DNA from: Thermoanaerobaculia bacterium
GTDB lineage: Bacteria > Acidobacteriota > Thermoanaerobaculia > UBA5066
Reading direction: 5' to 3'
DNA length: 64,000 bases
Assembly (NCBI GenBank): GCA_963719225.1
Contig: CAVRAY010000001.1
Location: forward strand, 3,424,001-3,488,000
Translations under genes and position numbers: made by a program
Shown here: positions 59,910 to 64,000 of the stretch, piece by piece
How the letters are laid out: the number at the start of each line of letters is the position of its first letter
Numbering within the stretch: the first letter of the stretch is position 1
Notes under the pieces: generated by a model
Databases searched by the model: none
What the model was told of the DNA's origin: nothing
Seen by the model: only the letters and a program-made list of their open reading frames with translations

Positions 59910-62852
59910 TCAGAACGAGACGCGCAGTCCTGCTCGGAAAGACCGTGGTGGAGAGCGCCACGTGACTTGTCCGTACGTTGGATTGTCTTGCTTCTGTTTC
60001 GGGTCGTAGATCGTGCCCGGGTACCCGGCTGGCGGTAAATCGGACCCCCAGACCTCGTCGACCGTGGTCGCGATCTGGTTGTTGAAGACGTTGTAGACGT
60101 ATGCCTGAAGTGTCGCGGTCACCGGCCCGAAGACGATCGGATATGCCAGCTGGAGGTTGGCCTCCCAAAGGGTCGGCAGGCGCCCCGCCGAGCCGCGCGG
60201 CTCGAGATAAATGGCCGGCCCGTAATTCCCGTTGAAGTACCCCAGCTTGTTGTACGGCGCTCCCGACTCGGCGAACGCCTGGACTCCGATCGAAAGCCGC
60301 CTCGGTGTCACCCAGTAGCCATCCAGCCGAAAGCGGTTCGGCCGGTCGAGAGCGAGCGTTCCGTAGGCGTTGTGCCACTTCGCGGGATAGGAGAACGCCC
60401 CGGTGATGCCCGGAGATGTCTCATTGTGGCCAGCCTCGTTGATGCCGCCGTCGAAGTTGCCGCGCAGCGAGGAATAGACATAGCTTGCCTGGAGCCAGAG
60501 CCGATCCCCGAGAGATTGCCGCGCGACGACCTCGATGCCACGGTACAGCCGCCGTGCTGGCGGCGAAGCGGGGCCCGTAGGCGAGCACTCGTTGTCGGGA
60601 GGGTCGAGGCCGTTGCAGGTTGGAACGGCTCCGCTTGCGAACTTCCCGTTCGACCCGGGGTTGATGACGGCGAGAGAGCTGTAATTGGTCAGAGGGCTCG
60701 TGTAGTCGAGGTCGCCTCGCACCGCGATGGCGTTGTTCAGACTCCTGTAAGTCCCCTTGACGCCAACCGTCAGTCCGGGTCCGAGCACACGTTCGATGCC
60801 TACGAGGAATTCGTTCTGGGAGAAGCCCTTGAGGCCGGCATCCACCGGCAAGCTGATGCCGCCCGTCGAAACACTGGCCCTCTCGTGGTGAAGCACGCTC
60901 GGGTCCTGAACGACGCTCACGGAGTCGAGGTTGTACGACGTGACCGTTGTGTAGCTGTTGAAGATACTGGTGGCGGCGGCCGTCGGCAGCGCGTAGGAGA
61001 AGCGTCCGGCAGACGCGTACACCTTCGTGGCGCCGTTCCGCCAGGGGTCCCATGCGACGCCGATCCGAGGCTGCCACTGGGTGTTGTCCTGAAAAACCGT
61101 CTGCCCGGCGTAATTGCGCGTGGTCTCGCCGTCCCAGCGGAGCCCCAGGTTGACTGTGAGGCCCGGGGCCGCCTTCCACGTATCCTGGAGGTAGGCGCCG
61201 TAGTCGAGCACCTCGGCGCCAATGTGAAGGCTCGGAATCGGGGTCGGGTCGGCTGTGCTCGCCGCGAAAAACTGGTGCACGTAGTAGGTCTGCCCCCACT
61301 CGTTGCGCACATTCACGGCCTGCTCGCCCGTCCTGGCGACTATCTGGTCCGACCGACCGTTCATGTAATCGCCGCCTACCTTGATCTCGTGCGGGCCGAT
61401 GTAAAACGTGGCGGCGGCGCTCACCTGCCCGCGAGAGGAGACGTTGTTGTCGCCTCCGGGGATGGGTCCGTAGCCGCCCGTGATGGAGTTTGGCCGCGAA
61501 TTGGGTGGGGCCTTACAGGGAGCGCCGGGCGTACCGCCGGCGCACGTAAAGTCCTGGTACCGGACCTCGTCGGCTGCCGTCAGGCTGCTGCGGTCCCGAT
61601 GATAGGAGCCCTGCAGGTTCGTCAGGACATCAGCCCCGAAGAGCCGGGTTCCCCGGACACCGTAATCGGCGCCCCCCTGCGACCGAGTGGAATCCCAGGT
61701 GGATGGCACGGGGCTCACGGGCGGAAAGACGAGCATGAAGGCAGCGTCCCGCCGAGGGTCCGCTCCCGAAAGGCCCGAAGTCGAGGATGGATCCGCGAAC
61801 ACGCTGCCGACGACCGAGGTCGAAGCTGTGGCGTTCCAGGTGAGCTTCAGCGAATACAGGTTGTCCACGGCGGCGAACGGGAACTGGTCGTCCTTCGAGA
61901 CAAACGCCGAGGACTCGAGCCTCGACACATGGCCGTCGAGTGACACGCGGTCGTAGGCGCCGAAAAACCACAGACGGTCCTTCAGGAGATACCCGCCGAG
62001 AGCCGCTCCATAGTCGAAGCGAGACCCGTCGTCGGTCTTCATCGCGACGAGTGTCGTGTCTACGACCCCGGTCCGCCGCCGCGCCGCGGTTTCCGAAGAG
62101 TCGTAGTAGACGAAGCCGTCGCCATGAAAATCGTTGCCGCCCGACTTCGTGACGGCGTTGATCACGCCCCCGAGGGCGCGGCCGTACTCGGCCTGGTAGC
62201 CGCCCGTCTTCACCTCGACCTCCTGGACGAACTCGTTGCTCAACGCCTTGCCTTGGGTCCCCTTGTTGACGCTGGTGGTGTTGACGCCGTCGATGATCCA
62301 CTGATTCTCGGCCGAGGTTGCCCCGTAGATCGTCAGAGGGAGCATGCGGCCGTCCGTATAGCCGCGGTCGGTCGAGACGCCGGGATTCGAACGTACGATT
62401 TCGGCATAGTTGCGGTCGACGGGGAGATGGCCGATGACCCCGCTCGTGTACTTCGTGCCGGTCGTCGTCGAGGTCACATCGATCGGCGGGGCCTCGCCGG
62501 AGACGATGACCTGCGTCTCCGCCTCGAGCCGCATCGTGAGATCCACGGTCATGGCGGAGCCGAGCGACACCGTGCACGCCTTGTCGGCCGGCCGAAAGCC
62601 GGACAGCCTTGCCAGAATGCGATAGGTACCCGGTGGAATCGCCGGGATTCGGTACAGGCCGTCGTGGCTGGTCACGCTGACGCGTGCTCCCTGGAGGCTC
62701 GGGCTCGTGGCCTCGACCGCGACACCGGGAACGGGCGCCCCCGAGGCGTCGGTCACGCGGCCGGAGATGTCGCCTGTCGTCTGAGCCACCGCGACCGCCC
62801 CCGGGAAGACGATGGCCGCGGCAACAACGAGGAAAAAGTACGTCCGTCCCAT
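59910..62852 (-). CDS. TonB-dependent receptor (Oar-like, carboxypeptidase-regulatory N domain)
   Basis: AQTTGDISGRVTD, VQEVEVKTGGYQAEYGRALGG.INAVTKSG.N, YLQDTW, NLGLRW, QPRIG, C-terminal Phe. Confidence 0.92.
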   Translation of the reverse strand: MGRTYFFLVVAAAIVFPGAVAVAQTTGDISGRVTDASGAPVPGVAVEATSPSLQGARVSVTSHDGLYRIPAIPPGTYRILARLSGFRPADKACTVSLGSAMTVDLTMRLEAETQVIVSGEAPPIDVTSTTTGTKYTSGVIGHLPVDRNYAEIVRSNPGVSTDRGYTDGRMLPLTIYGATSAENQWIIDGVNTTSVNKGTQGKALSNEFVQEVEVKTGGYQAEYGRALGGVINAVTKSGGNDFHGDGFVYYDSSETAARRRTGVVDTTLVAMKTDDGSRFDYGAALGGYLLKDRLWFFGAYDRVSLDGHVSRLESSAFVSKDDQFPFAAVDNLYSLKLTWNATASTSVVGSVFADPSSTSGLSGADPRRDAAFMLVFPPVSPVPSTWDSTRSQGGADYGVRGTRLFGADVLTNLQGSYHRDRSSLTAADEVRYQDFTCAGGTPGAPCKAPPNSRPNSITGGYGPIPGGDNNVSSRGQVSAAATFYIGPHEIKVGGDYMNGRSDQIVARTGEQAVNVRNEWGQTYYVHQFFAASTADPTPIPSLHIGAEVLDYGAYLQDTWKAAPGLTVNLGLRWDGETTRNYAGQTVFQDNTQWQPRIGVAWDPWRNGATKVYASAGRFSYALPTAAATSIFNSYTTVTSYNLDSVSVVQDPSVLHHERASVSTGGISLPVDAGLKGFSQNEFLVGIERVLGPGLTVGVKGTYRSLNNAIAVRGDLDYTSPLTNYSSLAVINPGSNGKFASGAVPTCNGLDPPDNECSPTGPASPPARRLYRGIEVVARQSLGDRLWLQASYVYSSLRGNFDGGINEAGHNETSPGITGAFSYPAKWHNAYGTLALDRPNRFRLDGYWVTPRRLSIGVQAFAESGAPYNKLGYFNGNYGPAIYLEPRGSAGRLPTLWEANLQLAYPIVFGPVTATLQAYVYNVFNNQIATTVDEVWGSDLPPAGYPGTIYDPKQKQDNPTYGQVTWRSPPRSFRAGLRVSF

Positions 62853-62870
62853 ACATTCCCTCCTGCCGAG

Positions 62871-64000
62871 CTACGGCGACGTGGCCTGGGGTAGGAAATT
62901 CTCGAAGACCCAGATGCCTTGATCCGGGAAGCCCGACGTAAACGCAATGCGGCCCCCGTCCGGGCTTACACGCACATCGCGTAACGCGGGCATCGAGAGC
63001 CCGAGGCTGCGCGCCGGTCCCCCGTCAAACGGCACCGTCCAGAGTTCGCCATGTTGCTTTTGCTCCTTACCAACGGGGACGGTGCGAACAAACAGGACGT
63101 GTCTTCCGTCGCGCGTCCATCCTCCGGCGGCAAGCCGGCTCGGTCTGGGCACATTGACGAGCTCTCTAGAGCCGCCCCCGCGCGTCGGAATCACAATCAA
63201 CCGGGAACTTTTCGCTTGACGCATGTTGAGGTTAAAGGCGAGCCAGCGGCCATCGGGGGAGATGGATAGATTTCCCAGGATGGAATCCGGAGGCGGCTCG
63301 TAGACGAGCTCTTCCTCTCCGGTCTTCGTGTCGATTCTCGAGATGCGCTGCGGGTCGCGTCTCAAGTAGGCGTGTCTTTCATCCGGGCCCCAGGCGACGC
63401 TGTTGAACGCGGGCACATCGCCAGGCTGGGAGAGAAACGTGGACACAATGCTTCCCGACTCGGCGTCGACCAGTCGAAGTCCGTGGACTCCCCTCCGGTC
63501 TGCACCTCCGATGGCAATCGATCGCCCGTCGGGAGACCAGCGCGTCCCGTTGACGAAATCCACATCCAACTCGAGCTCTCGCTCGCGCCCCGTAGCCATG
63601 GAATGGAGTACCAGAATGTTCCGTCCCGGTCCAAACAACGTCCGCCACGAGGCAAAGACAAGGGTGTTTCCATCGGGAGACCAGTCCGGAGAGATGTTCG
63701 AGCCAAGGAAGCTGCCTGCGGCGTTGGTCGGCTTGTCTTTGATCTCCGCAGTGACTGGATCGATCGGGACTGTGTAGACATCCATCAGGCCCGTTCTGTG
63801 GTTGTAGAAGAGAGATCCTTGCCGGGTGAGCGTGATAGGACCGAAGGGTCCCATGTCTTTGTCCAGAAACCGGGGCTGCCCGTCGGGCCGCCCGTCCTTG
63901 ATCGGCTGCAGCCAGAGTCCCGGTCCGCCGGTGCGCATGCTCGCAAACACCAGGCCCGCGCCGTCCGGCGTCCACATGGGATGTGAATCGTACGTCGGCC
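62871..64000 (-). CDS. TolB-like PD40 beta-propeller protein; 5' end outside the window
   Basis: Repeated WTPDG/WSPDG/ISPDG motifs. Confidence 0.85.
   Translation of the reverse strand, partial: PTYDSHPMWTPDGAGLVFASMRTGGPGLWLQPIKDGRPDGQPRFLDKDMGPFGPITLTRQGSLFYNHRTGLMDVYTVPIDPVTAEIKDKPTNAAGSFLGSNISPDWSPDGNTLVFASWRTLFGPGRNILVLHSMATGRERELELDVDFVNGTRWSPDGRSIAIGGADRRGVHGLRLVDAESGSIVSTFLSQPGDVPAFNSVAWGPDERHAYLRRDPQRISRIDTKTGEEELVYEPPPDSILGNLSISPDGRWLAFNLNMRQAKSSRLIVIPTRGGGSRELVNVPRPSRLAAGGWTRDGRHVLFVRTVPVGKEQKQHGELWTVPFDGGPARSLGLSMPALRDVRVSPDGGRIAFTSGFPDQGIWVFENFLPQATSP

Overview
High-GC bacterial chromosome segment. Gene content, Oar-type TonB receptor and secreted-protein style suggest Acidobacteriota, possibly Thermoanaerobaculia (inference). 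Housekeeping genes (rlmI-like, rsmH paralogue, tRNA-CAT, tilS, hpt-like, ftsH, folP, glmM, ppk1, ligA, miaE) are interleaved with accessory DNA. No CRISPR array, integrase or transposase was seen. Main signals: (1) an AT-rich ~20-bp motif (YACCTTCKMAGAAATCTY) recurs in mirror-image pairs, both between genes and inside conserved genes, suggesting an undescribed DNA-level signal; (2) a CstA transporter, two small membrane proteins and two Cys-free Get3/ArsA ATPases with complementary degenerate motifs share an operator-like palindrome; (3) an unannotated Rdx-family selenoprotein (CxxU) has a SECIS-like hairpin; (4) a 5-kb surface-protein gene sits between two diverged copies of an OPT gene 3' end; (5) also an orphan Rhs toxin-immunity pair, a likely pseudo-enzyme Hpt, a Pho-box-like repeat and widespread leaderless-type promoters. 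All calls come from reading the sequence by eye; no database searches were run.
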